DNA of 64,000 nt from Escherichia phage allfine: sequence record MN850633.1, one strand, 5' to 3'. Each line of letters opens with the position of its first letter. Within the stretch, counting starts at the first letter, position 1. The notes below the pieces were generated by a model. The model was not told the DNA's origin. It did no database searches and was given only the letters and a program-made list of their open reading frames with translations. Shown here in pieces: positions 44,770 through 53,758 of the stretch. A program made the translations under genes and the position numbers.

Positions 44770-45890
44770 ATGTGAATAAAGTATCTATCCTTTTTAACAA
44801 CCTTCTTAATCTTACTCTCTATATAGTTATATAGTACTATATAGTATCTTAGTATCTATCTAGTGGTCTTAATAGCCCCTCTGTATAACCCTTCTAACAA
44901 GCCCTCTAACAAGCCATCTAAACACTCTTCTAACAAGCCTTCTAAACAACCTATACAATCATCTTAACCATCTCTCTATATCCTCTTAGAAGCTCCTATA
45001 CACCTCTTAATCTCTAGGTTAGCTATGTTACCCTCTATAGGTGTTCACTAGGTACTACTAAGCCTCTATATAGACTGTTTTAACAAACTTAACAGGAATA
45101 TCTTCACAGACCTTATCTCACAAGGTCTAACACGGTACTAACAAGGTATCTTATAAGCCTGTTATTACCTGTATTTTTAAAAGACTGTCTAGGTAATTAT
45201 TCAGAATCTTAAAATTTTTATAAAATAGGACTATCAAGTCATTTTTTAGGGTCTTTGAAGGAACTGAAAAATATCTGATTAGGATGTATATCTGCTTGGT
45301 AGCCCTTAACAGCTCCCTTACAAGTACTTTGCAAAATTTTAAAATATCCTTAACAATTTCTTAACAACTCTCTCAAGCTCTTAACAAATCTTCAAAGGTC
45401 TTAACAGATTCTTAACAGAACTAACAAGGATGTAACAGTTTCTTAACAGTTGATACATAGTCTTTACAGAGTCTTAACAGATGACTAACAAGAGTTAATT
45501 AGTTAATTTTAAAGAGTTATTTTGTTAAGATAATTAACAAGTTCCTAACAAGTGTTTAATCTTTTTAACAAGCTATTAACATGGTCACTATCTCTTGGTC
45601 TATAGTTCCCTTTCCTTCTTAGTGATTCTTTAAACATACCTCTTAAAAGCTCTCTATAGCTCTTCATAGGCTCTTTTAAGTCTCTTCCTAGTAGTTACAC
45701 CCCAACTGTACAGACACCTCTTTATAGGGCTTTACAGGAGCTTTTAAGGCTATGTCAAAGACTCTTACAAGGCTTTTACGTGGTCTTAACAGAGATTTAA
45801 CAAGGGGCTAACAAGTTGCTAACAAGTGCCTTAAAAGCATAACTATGTAGGGATTGTTAAGAAATTGTTAAGAAAATGTTAAGGGGGCTA
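44770..45890. repeat. array of more than 30 TTAACAR / CTAACAAG heptamer motifs, densest at 45349-45590, partly phased at 10-11 bp
   Basis: Direct reading: CTTAACAATTT CTTAACAACTC ... CTTAACAGATT CTTAACAGAA CTAACAAGGA ...; inverted copies TTGTTAAG at 45851-45880; no ORF of 60 aa or more. Confidence 0.6.
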
Positions 45891-45900
45891 GCATTTACGT

Positions 45901-45950
45901 AACTTTTAAACTACTTCAAAATAACTTTTAAACTACTTCAAAATAACTTT
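45901..45950. repeat. 22 bp tandem direct repeat, 2.3 copies
   Basis: AACTTTTAAACTACTTCAAAAT twice, then partial third copy. Confidence 0.6.
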
Positions 45951-46274
45951 ATAGCCCCCTTCTTAGATATTCACAAGATAGCTAACGAGATAATAAAGCT
46001 TACACCCTTATAAGATTCTTTTAAGTCTCTGGGAAGCTTTATAAAGGGCTTTTTAGGGTGAGTTAATGCAATCCCTTAAGTTAGGTTGATAAGGCTGTTA
46101 TAGAGCTTTATAGAGCGTTTAAACGGTTGCCCTTCCCTTTCGGGTTATGGGCTTATATTTAAGTTGATTTGATAAAAGGCTATAGAGTAGACTATAGAGT
46201 TATTGCTTTTTAAGGTCTGATAAGATTCTGGAAAGGAAAGGGAAAGGGTTGTATAAGGGATTTGATAAGACGTA

Positions 46275-46299
46275 AAAAAGCCCCTATGGGAAAGGGGCT
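46275..46299 (-). terminator. intrinsic terminator at end of minus-strand small-gene array
   Basis: AGCCCCT-TTCCCAT-AGGGGCT followed by TTTTTT on minus strand. Confidence 0.55.
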
Positions 46300-46337
46300 G
46301 TAAAGGTATCTGGGGCTATTTAGCCCCGTTGCGGCGT

Positions 46338-46586
46338 TTAGTTAGTGCCTTTTTTGTCGTAGTACAGGGAGACAATTTTTTCACCCCAGTAGTGGTATGT
46401 ATAACCCTCTTTGAGAACTTCCTGTTTTGTTTCTTTCCAGAATTCATCAGAGGGGTTGTAGTCACTGATGGTCTGGCTGATAAGGCCTTTCACCATTTCA
46501 AAGGTGTTATCAGTACCTACAAGGTCAAATTTAACGTCCAGAGAGTAGAAGCCGAATTCGTTAACAGTTGCGCGGATAGTAGCCAT
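46338..46586 (-). CDS. hypothetical small protein (82 aa)
   Basis: ORF preceded by family-A cassette and GGAG RBS. Confidence 0.5.
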   Translation of the reverse strand: MATIRATVNEFGFYSLDVKFDLVGTDNTFEMVKGLISQTISDYNPSDEFWKETKQEVLKEGYTYHYWGEKIVSLYYDKKGTN

Positions 46587-46665
46587 TTTAGAATCTCCAG
46601 TTTAGGAAGTTGATTAAGGGTTTTATTTAGTGGGGAAGGTCATTCCCTCCCCGTTGATTGACAAT
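46587..46665 (-). promoter_or_regulatory. family-A upstream cassette
   Basis: Conserved hairpin GGGGAAGGTCATTCCCTCCCC and shared leader CTAAACTGGAGATTCnAAAATG; copies also at 47197-47290, 47759-47848, 48983-49082, 49847-49933. Confidence 0.5.
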
Positions 46666-47196
46666 TTACAGACTTTTGATTGTCTCGTCAATATCTTTTT
46701 CAATATCTTTTAAAGTTTTTTCTAAGTTCTTGATATTGAAAGATAAGCCCTCTCCTAGTGTCTTAGAGTAACCGCTAGGACGTGAGTTATATAGTTCGAT
46801 TTCTTCCACTTCGAAGAGACTAACCAACTCACCGCTTACACTGTAAGCCATTGAAACAGTATTTACAGGGGCTTTATAAAACTTGTTTAAGGACTTGATA
46901 GAACGTTCATAAGCCATTTTATAACCGTTTAAAAGGTTTTTAACGTGGTTACGAACGTTTTTGCACTCATCTAAGTAAATCTCTAAGAATAACGGTAATA
47001 ATTCCGCTACAGCTTGCATAAAGTGAGAGACTACAACAGTAGAAACATTACGGCGATGAATGTAATAAGCCCCGTTTTCTGACTTAGTGATGGTTGCAAA
47101 GTGTACCCCATTGCAGCGAAATTCGTATGTGTCTTTTACAGGTTTTGACATTACAGCATTTGAACGAATGAAGTTGATAGCTTTAAACTTGTTCAT
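46666..47196 (-). CDS. hypothetical protein (176 aa)
   Basis: ORF preceded by family-A cassette. Confidence 0.5.
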   Translation of the reverse strand: MNKFKAINFIRSNAVMSKPVKDTYEFRCNGVHFATITKSENGAYYIHRRNVSTVVVSHFMQAVAELLPLFLEIYLDECKNVRNHVKNLLNGYKMAYERSIKSLNKFYKAPVNTVSMAYSVSGELVSLFEVEEIELYNSRPSGYSKTLGEGLSFNIKNLEKTLKDIEKDIDETIKSL

Positions 47197-47416
47197 TTTG
47201 ACTCTCCTAGTTTAAGGATTTTATTTAGTGAGGAAGGTCATCCCTCCCGTTGATTAGTAATTTACTTGTTTTGATAGCTGATTGCAAGCAATTTTTTAAG
47301 CTTATCTATAAAGAATCTTTTAAGTGAATCCCTTTTAGATAAACCCCCTCGAACAAAGTTACCAATGTCAAGGGGTATTGTCAACACTTTTTTAAAAGTT
47401 TTTTGTAAGTTATTGA

Positions 47417-47758
47417 TTAACTGATGAATATTTTTTCAGGCTTTACATAGCTGATACGTTGACTTTTTAGAAGGTCATCCCAGATTATCGCGGCAATGTG
47501 ACCATATCCGGCCTCACGTAAGAGCTTCATTGCTTTACTTCTCGTTTCAAAACGGCTTGCGTAGTACTCACTATTCAGAGTTGTTTTCTTCCCTTCATTG
47601 TCTACATGAATAATCTGCATTACGTGAAAGGGGCTTGTGTCCTCGCCTTTGTTCCACTGTTCAAAGTATTTTAGGCACTGCATAGGCGACATCTTATCAC
47701 TAACCTGAGTTGACCAAGATGCGCCAGCTTTATCGGTAATTACGGTTACATAAGCCAT
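47417..47758 (-). CDS. hypothetical protein (113 aa)
   Basis: ORF preceded by family-A cassette. Confidence 0.5.
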   Translation of the reverse strand: MAYVTVITDKAGASWSTQVSDKMSPMQCLKYFEQWNKGEDTSPFHVMQIIHVDNEGKKTTLNSEYYASRFETRSKAMKLLREAGYGHIAAIIWDDLLKSQRISYVKPEKIFIS

Positions 47759-47848
47759 TTTTAGAATCTCCAGTTTAGGACTTCATTTAGTGGGGAAGGT
47801 CATTCCCTCCCCGTTGATTGACAATTTACAGACTTTTATCAGGCTTGT

Positions 47849-48082
47849 CTAGTCTTTTTCAATGATAATTTCATATTGACCGTCAACGCTGTCAAAATAG
47901 ATGCCGTCTTTATCTTCTGTCTTAAAGTAGCATTGTATATCATCACTTGCGGGATAGTCTTGCCGTGCTATCTGGCAAACTTGAATAGCATTTTCTTTAC
48001 TTCCTGTAAACTCTTCAAGCCCTTTAAAATCGCATGAATGACCATTACAGATGGAAAGGATGAGGTAAACGGTTGTAAGCAT
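47849..48082 (-). CDS. hypothetical small Cys-containing protein (77 aa)
   Basis: ORF in track. Confidence 0.4.
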   Translation of the reverse strand: MLTTVYLILSICNGHSCDFKGLEEFTGSKENAIQVCQIARQDYPASDDIQCYFKTEDKDGIYFDSVDGQYEIIIEKD

Positions 48083-48125
48083 GATTTAAGCCCCCTAAAA
48101 GCCCCTACAAGGGGCTGATTAGTGT

Positions 48126-48692
48126 TTATAAGGTGATTGCATAGGTTTTTAAAAAAAAGCTCTTTAAATCCTCTTCTGCGATGTTTCCTGCCAGTGTATC
48201 CATGATGTCACAAAAAACCTGAATGCTGTCCGACTGTTGAACGCTTTTAGCAAGAAGCTCCAGAGACTCATCAAGATAGTTTAAATTTGGGTTATCCAAT
48301 GAAGGAAGACAAAAAGGCGAAAACATCGCATTAAACTCGGTTACGTAAACCTTTTTAATCCAATTTAAATCGAAGTATTCTGTAAAACTTGCTACGCCAG
48401 ACATATTATCACAAGAATAATCATCATTTAATTCGTCCTCTGGAATATCAAGTTCCAAGATAACAATGTTTTGGGTTTTCATCTGGAAAGCTGCCGTGAT
48501 AGTGGCATTTCCTAACGCCTGTTGAATACCTTCGGATACTATCTCTTCCTCATCGTCACCATAGATTTTATTTTCTGGGTATACGTAAAAATTGCCATCC
48601 ATATCCGAACAATTCCATGCACCTGATGGCTTATCACCATTATTAATCAGGTTGATAAAGTTTTCTTGAGTAGTACCGTGAAAGCATTTCAT
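48126..48692 (-). CDS. hypothetical acidic protein (188 aa)
   Basis: ORF preceded by family-B cassette. Confidence 0.5.
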   Translation of the reverse strand: MKCFHGTTQENFINLINNGDKPSGAWNCSDMDGNFYVYPENKIYGDDEEEIVSEGIQQALGNATITAAFQMKTQNIVILELDIPEDELNDDYSCDNMSGVASFTEYFDLNWIKKVYVTEFNAMFSPFCLPSLDNPNLNYLDESLELLAKSVQQSDSIQVFCDIMDTLAGNIAEEDLKSFFLKTYAITL

Positions 48693-48778
48693 TTTTTGAA
48701 TCTCCAGTTTAGGATTTAGTGGTAAAGCTCTTTATCTGGGGCTTACTTTATCGAACTATAAGCCCCTTGTAAAGTACT
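48693..48778 (-). promoter_or_regulatory. family-B upstream cassette with promoter-like TTTACA-17-TAAAGT inside a 29 bp palindrome
   Basis: Minus-sense AGTACTTTACAAGGGGCTTATAGTTCGATAAAGTAAGCCCC...CTAAACTGGAGATTCAAAAATG; copies at 49488-49573, 50557-50648 (variant), 51162-51249, 51523-51596, 51978-52065. Confidence 0.5.
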
Positions 48779-48982
48779 TTATTTGTTATTTTTGACAACT
48801 TTTAAGACTGCAAGATACCCTAAGCAATAAGAATCACCGAAGAGAGTCCTACCCATGAAAGAATCCTCTTTGATATCCTTTGTAGTGACAGTTTTTTCTA
48901 CGCCGTGGGAAAGGACTATATCGCCAACTTTGATATCTTTGATGTGTGTAGTTTCAATGTTTAAGCCGTTAATAATAGCCAT
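48779..48982 (-). CDS. hypothetical small protein (67 aa)
   Basis: ORF preceded by family-A cassette. Confidence 0.45.
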   Translation of the reverse strand: MAIINGLNIETTHIKDIKVGDIVLSHGVEKTVTTKDIKEDSFMGRTLFGDSYCLGYLAVLKVVKNNK

Positions 48983-49082
48983 TTTAGAATCTCCAGTTTA
49001 GGACTTTACTTAGTGGGGAAGGTCATTCCCTCCCCGTTGATGTGTAATTTAATCTATCTAAAAACCGGTGTCAACAAAATTT

Positions 49083-49487
49083 TTAGAGTTCTGCATAAAT
49101 TGCATCACAGACATCACGAAAATCGTGATTTGTCAAATTACGTTGTAACCAAGTGGCAAAGAAATCAGCGATTGCAAAATTAGCGTCATACTCGACGGAT
49201 AGCCATACTTTAACAGCAAATCGAAACATTTTTAAATCAAGCTCTTTATTCATTATCTTTGATTTGCCTAACATGTCAGCCATTTCATATTGTGCGCCGT
49301 CTAGCGTGATACCTGATGCAACGTCAGCCAATGATTTTTTTACGTTTTCAACGTCTAAGATAACGCTTTGAATCTTCCCGATAATGTTGTGCAATGTCTC
49401 ATCAGGCGCTGATGACGTGATAACATTAATCCGGTTAACGGTCAAACGTGCTTTTAAGATTGATAATTCACGGTTATTAATAGCCAT
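49083..49487 (-). CDS. hypothetical protein (134 aa)
   Basis: ORF preceded by family-B cassette. Confidence 0.5.
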   Translation of the reverse strand: MAINNRELSILKARLTVNRINVITSSAPDETLHNIIGKIQSVILDVENVKKSLADVASGITLDGAQYEMADMLGKSKIMNKELDLKMFRFAVKVWLSVEYDANFAIADFFATWLQRNLTNHDFRDVCDAIYAEL

Positions 49488-49573
49488 TTTTAAGTTCTCC
49501 AGTTTAGGATTTAGTGGTAAAGCTCTTTATCTGGGGCTTACTTTATCGAACTATAAGCCCCCTGTAAAGTACT

Positions 49574-49846
49574 TTACACTAAATGCAGCTTTTTACCTTT
49601 TACTATGATGTAACTCGATGCGCTATTGCTTTGCACATCCTGATAAATTCTGCGCAAACGGCCTTCGTAGTATACTTTCCAACTGGTTGGAATCTTTTTC
49701 CCGTATCCTGTAGCAGTTTTTTGTAGTCCTGCAAGTTGCCAATCTAAGATATGTTGTTCGGCTTGTAAATCTTCGAAGTGCATTACACCGTTCACATAGT
49801 GACGAATGGTTACGTTTAAGGTGCGACCGTTGTTAGTAGTGTACAT
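49574..49846 (-). CDS. hypothetical protein (90 aa)
   Basis: ORF preceded by family-A cassette. Confidence 0.5.
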   Translation of the reverse strand: MYTTNNGRTLNVTIRHYVNGVMHFEDLQAEQHILDWQLAGLQKTATGYGKKIPTSWKVYYEGRLRRIYQDVQSNSASSYIIVKGKKLHLV

Positions 49847-49933
49847 TTTGAATCTCCTAGTTTAAGGACTTTACTTAGTGGGGAGGTTATTACCTCCCGT
49901 TGATTAGTAATTTACTTGTTTTAAAAACCAAAA

Positions 49934-50266
49934 TCAAGAGGAATTTTTTCGTTTGCTCAATTCTTGAACAATTACAGCGTAGTAGTCTTTTAAGTCACTG
50001 ACATTTAAAGCATTTATCAGAGAATTATAATCATCGACTAACTGAAAATCATCTTTGAAAATGTCGCTGATTTGATAAGTTTTTGATTGAAATCTGAAGC
50101 TCATTTCTAACCGTTTTATTTGTTCATCACTTAAACGCTCCAGAAAGCTCATTACAAGGCTATTATTGACCTGTTGCGTGATTGCCTTATTTGCTAGATT
50201 ATAGGCTTTATATGCCTTATATAGCGCGAAAATGGCAAGGATTGCGGTGATGCCAGTCATTAACAT
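49934..50266 (-). CDS. membrane-anchored protein (110 aa)
   Basis: N-terminal hydrophobic segment LMTGITAILAIFALY. Confidence 0.45.
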   Translation of the reverse strand: MLMTGITAILAIFALYKAYKAYNLANKAITQQVNNSLVMSFLERLSDEQIKRLEMSFRFQSKTYQISDIFKDDFQLVDDYNSLINALNVSDLKDYYAVIVQELSKRKNSS

Positions 50267-50556
50267 GGTGTTTCCTCTTTACGTGATACTTTGCCATTTA
50301 CAGTTATCTCATAGGATTCTAATAAGTCACTTTTAGACTTTACTGGACTTTTAAAAGTATCATCATAAATATTTACTTGCAATACAGGTTTTTTATACTC
50401 CCTGCAACTATTCCATAAGCAAATCACTACGCGACGGCCTTTTATTTTGCCGTGCAACCATTCCATAACATCATGATTATTTCTTGATGTCTCGATAAAA
50501 TCAATTTTGTTGAGTAATTTGCTCAGATTTTCACGCACTTGATTTGATAATTTCAT
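50260..50556 (-). CDS. hypothetical protein (98 aa)
   Basis: ORF preceded by family-B-variant cassette. Confidence 0.45.
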   Translation of the reverse strand: MKLSNQVRENLSKLLNKIDFIETSRNNHDVMEWLHGKIKGRRVVICLWNSCREYKKPVLQVNIYDDTFKSPVKSKSDLLESYEITVNGKVSRKEETPC

Positions 50557-50648
50557 TTTAGAATCTCCTAGTTTAAGGGCTTTATTTGATAAATCTCTTT
50601 ATCTGGGGCTATCTTACCAGCTTGATAACCCCGTGTAAAGAAATCTAT

Positions 50649-51161
50649 TTAGTTCTTAAAGATATTCATCACTGAGTCTTTCAACGATTCCAAACGTTCT
50701 AATACTTCAGTTTCTGCGTCTGAATTGTTCACCTCTTCTTTTAGTCTATCTTCTAAATCCTCACCGTCACTATAGCACCAATCGAAAGCGTAACCAATAT
50801 AAAAGCTGTCTAAAACCGTTTTACCGTTTGCATCTACAACTTTCGCGGCAATGTTATACTCTGAAGCTTCTAAATCTCTTTCTAGTTCTTTTTGTAAGCT
50901 GATGTAAGCCTCTTTTGATGGATTTTCCCGGCCTTGTTTTGCATAGTCACTTGAAAGCTGTTTAAGGCTGTAATGCAAAGGGATTGCATATTTAAATGCA
51001 TTATGCTGATAGTTAGGATTTTTAACAGTCACGCCGCCTTGATGGTCATCTGTAAACTTCCAATTATCAAGGTTATGGCTTGCTTCGTAGCAATTTACCG
51101 CTTCATAGATAATGGTGAATTTTTCTTTTACAACTTCAAAAGTAGCGTCTACAGTTTTCAT
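50649..51161 (-). CDS. hypothetical protein (170 aa)
   Basis: ORF preceded by family-B cassette. Confidence 0.5.
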   Translation of the reverse strand: MKTVDATFEVVKEKFTIIYEAVNCYEASHNLDNWKFTDDHQGGVTVKNPNYQHNAFKYAIPLHYSLKQLSSDYAKQGRENPSKEAYISLQKELERDLEASEYNIAAKVVDANGKTVLDSFYIGYAFDWCYSDGEDLEDRLKEEVNNSDAETEVLERLESLKDSVMNIFKN

Positions 51162-51249
51162 TTTTGAATCTCCAGTTTAGGATTTAGTGGTAAAGCTCTT
51201 TATCTGGGGCTTAAGATATCAACTTTTAAGCCCCTTGTAAAGTACTTTA

Positions 51250-51522
51250 TCAGATTAAATTGCCAGTTAATGATAAGTGCATTTTATAGCCTTTTTTGGT
51301 AAAGACGTTCACTTTACCGAGTGATTTTACACCTTTAAAAAGGTTGTTTGAACTGCGTTTTAAGGTTAGTTGTTTATCAGCCTTTACTCCCCATCTTACA
51401 GCGGATTGTTTTCCGTTGTCAACCACTTTCCCGCATAACTTTTTAGCCATAACGCGAGCGTCATCACGAGTTTTTGCAGCAATTACAACGTTTTTGATAA
51501 TAGCCATTTTTAAGTTCTCCAA
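51250..51522 (-). CDS. hypothetical basic protein (90 aa)
   Basis: ORF preceded by family-B cassette. Confidence 0.5.
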   Translation of the reverse strand: MENLKMAIIKNVVIAAKTRDDARVMAKKLCGKVVDNGKQSAVRWGVKADKQLTLKRSSNNLFKGVKSLGKVNVFTKKGYKMHLSLTGNLI

Positions 51523-51596
51523 TTTAGGATTTAGTGGTAAAGCTCTTTATCTGGGGCTTACTTTATCGAACTATAAGCCCCTTGTAAAGTACTTTA

Positions 51597-51977
51597 TCAG
51601 TTAATTTTGAAAATTGTCACATAGCCGTCACTGCCGATTATTTGAGACACTCCAGCTTTTTCCACTGAATAGCCCATATTTTCAAGATGATAAACAGCAT
51701 CATCATAACCATATGCGCCACCCTGATAACGTCTCTTATCGCATCTTATCAGGTTTTTACCACGTCCTGCAAGTGCATTCAGTACAGCTTTTTCACTTGA
51801 TAGCGTACCATCTAACATGGTTGCCGTGTAATGGTTGATTTTATTCCCGTTAATATCATACTTAAAATTGAATGCGTGAATAACAATCAATTTGCCGTTA
51901 AATTTTTCATCAAGTGACTTCTCCAGTGCGTTGCGGAAGTTGTCTTTGTTGATGAATTTCGGTGCACGATAAGCCAT
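51597..51977 (-). CDS. hypothetical protein (126 aa)
   Basis: ORF preceded by family-B cassette. Confidence 0.5.
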   Translation of the reverse strand: MAYRAPKFINKDNFRNALEKSLDEKFNGKLIVIHAFNFKYDINGNKINHYTATMLDGTLSSEKAVLNALAGRGKNLIRCDKRRYQGGAYGYDDAVYHLENMGYSVEKAGVSQIIGSDGYVTIFKIN

Positions 51978-52065
51978 TTTTGAATCTCCTAGTTTAAGGT
52001 TAATGTAGTAAAGCTCTTTATCTGGGGCTTACTTTATCGAACTATAAGCCCCTTGTAAAGTACTT

Positions 52066-52287
52066 TTATCTATCGTAATAGTAAACCGCTGTCTGTTTTA
52101 TATGTCGCTTTGTATTCTTCGTAAGGTAGCAATTAGAGTTGATTGCCGTTTCTACATAGTTGCAATAATCAGCTTCTGATATTCTACGCCATGCGCCGCA
52201 CACTTGCATGTAAAAACGTTTTACCTTTGTATTAACGTTGGTTGTAACCATCAATTCACGGCTGTAAATCATTATTTCGCGCTCCAT
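52066..52287 (-). CDS. hypothetical Cys-containing protein (73 aa)
   Basis: ORF in track. Confidence 0.4.
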   Translation of the reverse strand: MEREIMIYSRELMVTTNVNTKVKRFYMQVCGAWRRISEADYCNYVETAINSNCYLTKNTKRHIKQTAVYYYDR

Positions 52288-52460
52288 TTCTCAAAGAGTT
52301 CAGCAGGGAAACGTTCGCTATAACCTTTTAAGGAAAAAGTGTTATCTTTGTGGATAGCTTCCACCTGATAAACCTTATAAGAACGTATAGTTAGCATTTT
52401 GTAAGAGTATTCGTGCTTAATGTTAACCTCATCGCCAACTTTAATTTTTCTTGATGCCAT
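52272..52460 (-). CDS. hypothetical small protein (62 aa)
   Basis: ORF preceded by shared leader GAATCTCCAGTTTAGGAAG. Confidence 0.4.
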   Translation of the reverse strand: MASRKIKVGDEVNIKHEYSYKMLTIRSYKVYQVEAIHKDNTFSLKGYSERFPAELFEKWSAK

Positions 52461-52699
52461 TTCTTAGATTCTCCAGTTTAGGAAGTGGGCTTGATTGCCC
52501 GTCTGATGCAGATATTAGATAACCATACTCAAAGAGTCAATAGGAATTTTAAAAATATTTTTTTTTGCAAAGATTGTAATGAAACGGGTGCGCGCGACTA
52601 CCATAAAACAGAACTACAATCAAGAATTATTTTTCAATCCGCTACAAATTTTTCTGTTGACTTTTATTTCCAGATGTGGTAGCCTTGTGAGAAATGGCG

Positions 52700-52925
52700 A
52701 CATCCCTACCTGCACCCACCTACCTGCACAATTCTAAAATGATTTTTCTTGCCCGACCTGATTTTTCTCTGCACGTTTTGAAAATGAAAAAGCTCTTTGG
52801 AGATTACCTGCACAGTTTGAAAATGAATTTTCCCTTTGGAGTTCAAAATTTTCTCTACAGATTTCTCTACAGAACTCTACCTGCACAATCCTGAAATGAA
52901 AAAGCCCCCCTTACCTGAAAAATTT
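52700..52925. repeat. iteron-like array: four to five copies of TACCTGCACA...AAAATGA units plus 11 bp tandem TTCTCTACAGA
   Basis: TACCTGCAC at 52707, 52721, 52805, 52878 and TTACCTGAAA at 52911; TTCTCTACAGATTTCTCTACAGA at about 52852-52874. Confidence 0.5.
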
Positions 52926-52972
52926 ACCAGATAAGAAAGGCTTAGTCTATTGTGAATACTATACAGAATTTC

Positions 52973-53758
52973 TTAGTTCTTTGCGTCTAAGAAGGTTACT
53001 TCCGGTGAAGAGAAAACCGTCTCGATATCCTCATCATTTCTTGCATAGATGTAAGCATCTGCATCACTGCCAAATGTTACTGCAATTCTGTGATTGCTCT
53101 TCGACAGGTGGGTAACTAGAGCGTTACTTAGAGACATCTTCTCAACCGGAGGGTTACTTTGATGTATCTTACCTTTTCTTCGTCTGAAGAGGGTAACTGT
53201 ATCATCTGTGAACATTACTACACCTGCAAAGTATTCTGGTTCACAGTAGTTATTCCAACCTGAGCGTAACTTGTGGTACATCTCTCCTTCGTAGACATAC
53301 AGATAAACATCTACACTCTTCATCACCTGATTAATGATAACTGTGACGGCTTGAGGGTCTAGCCCACCGATACCTGCACCAATCATAGGTAGACCAACTT
53401 TCTTCAACTGATTGACTTCACAGTATCTGTTAAGCTGTTTCAAAGATGATTCTAAAGCACTGTATCGGGCATCTTTACCAGTCTTAAGCTGAGTGTAAAG
53501 GTTAGCTATTCGACCTTGTTTTAAACGTGCTACAGAGAAATTACCCAGTAAATTTTCACAGGGTTTGTGTCCTATACCACCTGCATATAGATAAACTTCT
53601 GTATCGGTCTCATATGCTTTTGGGTAAAGTTTAGAAATCTTGTCAGCGATACCTGCACCCATTAAATTCATACAGTTGCAACCGTGACCGATGATGTCAA
53701 ACTTACCTTTATCAAATGCGGCAAAGATATCACCATTGATTATTTTTACAATACCCAT
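52973..53758 (-). CDS. macro-domain protein of TARG1/OARD1/DarG type (ADP-ribose hydrolase fold) with about 110 aa C-terminal extension
   Basis: INGDIFAAF ... HGCNCMNLMGAGIA ... LPMIGAGIGGLD parallels TARG1 KGDLFA ... HCISEDCRMGAGIA ... MPRIGCGLD (TARG1 recalled from memory). Confidence 0.6.
   Translation of the reverse strand: MGIVKIINGDIFAAFDKGKFDIIGHGCNCMNLMGAGIADKISKLYPKAYETDTEVYLYAGGIGHKPCENLLGNFSVARLKQGRIANLYTQLKTGKDARYSALESSLKQLNRYCEVNQLKKVGLPMIGAGIGGLDPQAVTVIINQVMKSVDVYLYVYEGEMYHKLRSGWNNYCEPEYFAGVVMFTDDTVTLFRRRKGKIHQSNPPVEKMSLSNALVTHLSKSNHRIAVTFGSDADAYIYARNDEDIETVFSSPEVTFLDAKN

Noticed and set aside
44770-45950. Possible CRISPR array in the TTAACAR repeat region
   Set aside because: Repeat units are only 7-11 bp, irregularly spaced and lack the 28-37 bp repeat / unique spacer alternation of CRISPR loci
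46329-46613. Track ORF on the plus strand overlapping the 46338-46586 minus-strand gene
   Set aside because: The minus-strand ORF is preceded by the conserved cassette and RBS; the plus-strand frame has neither
52485-52894. Two plus-strand ORFs (65 and 66 aa) in the second repeat region
   Set aside because: They lie across the iteron-like repeats, have no RBS and run against the flanking minus-strand genes
52700-52925. Possible CRISPR array in the TACCTGCACA repeat region
   Set aside because: Units are imperfect, of variable length and too few; the pattern fits iterons or binding sites better
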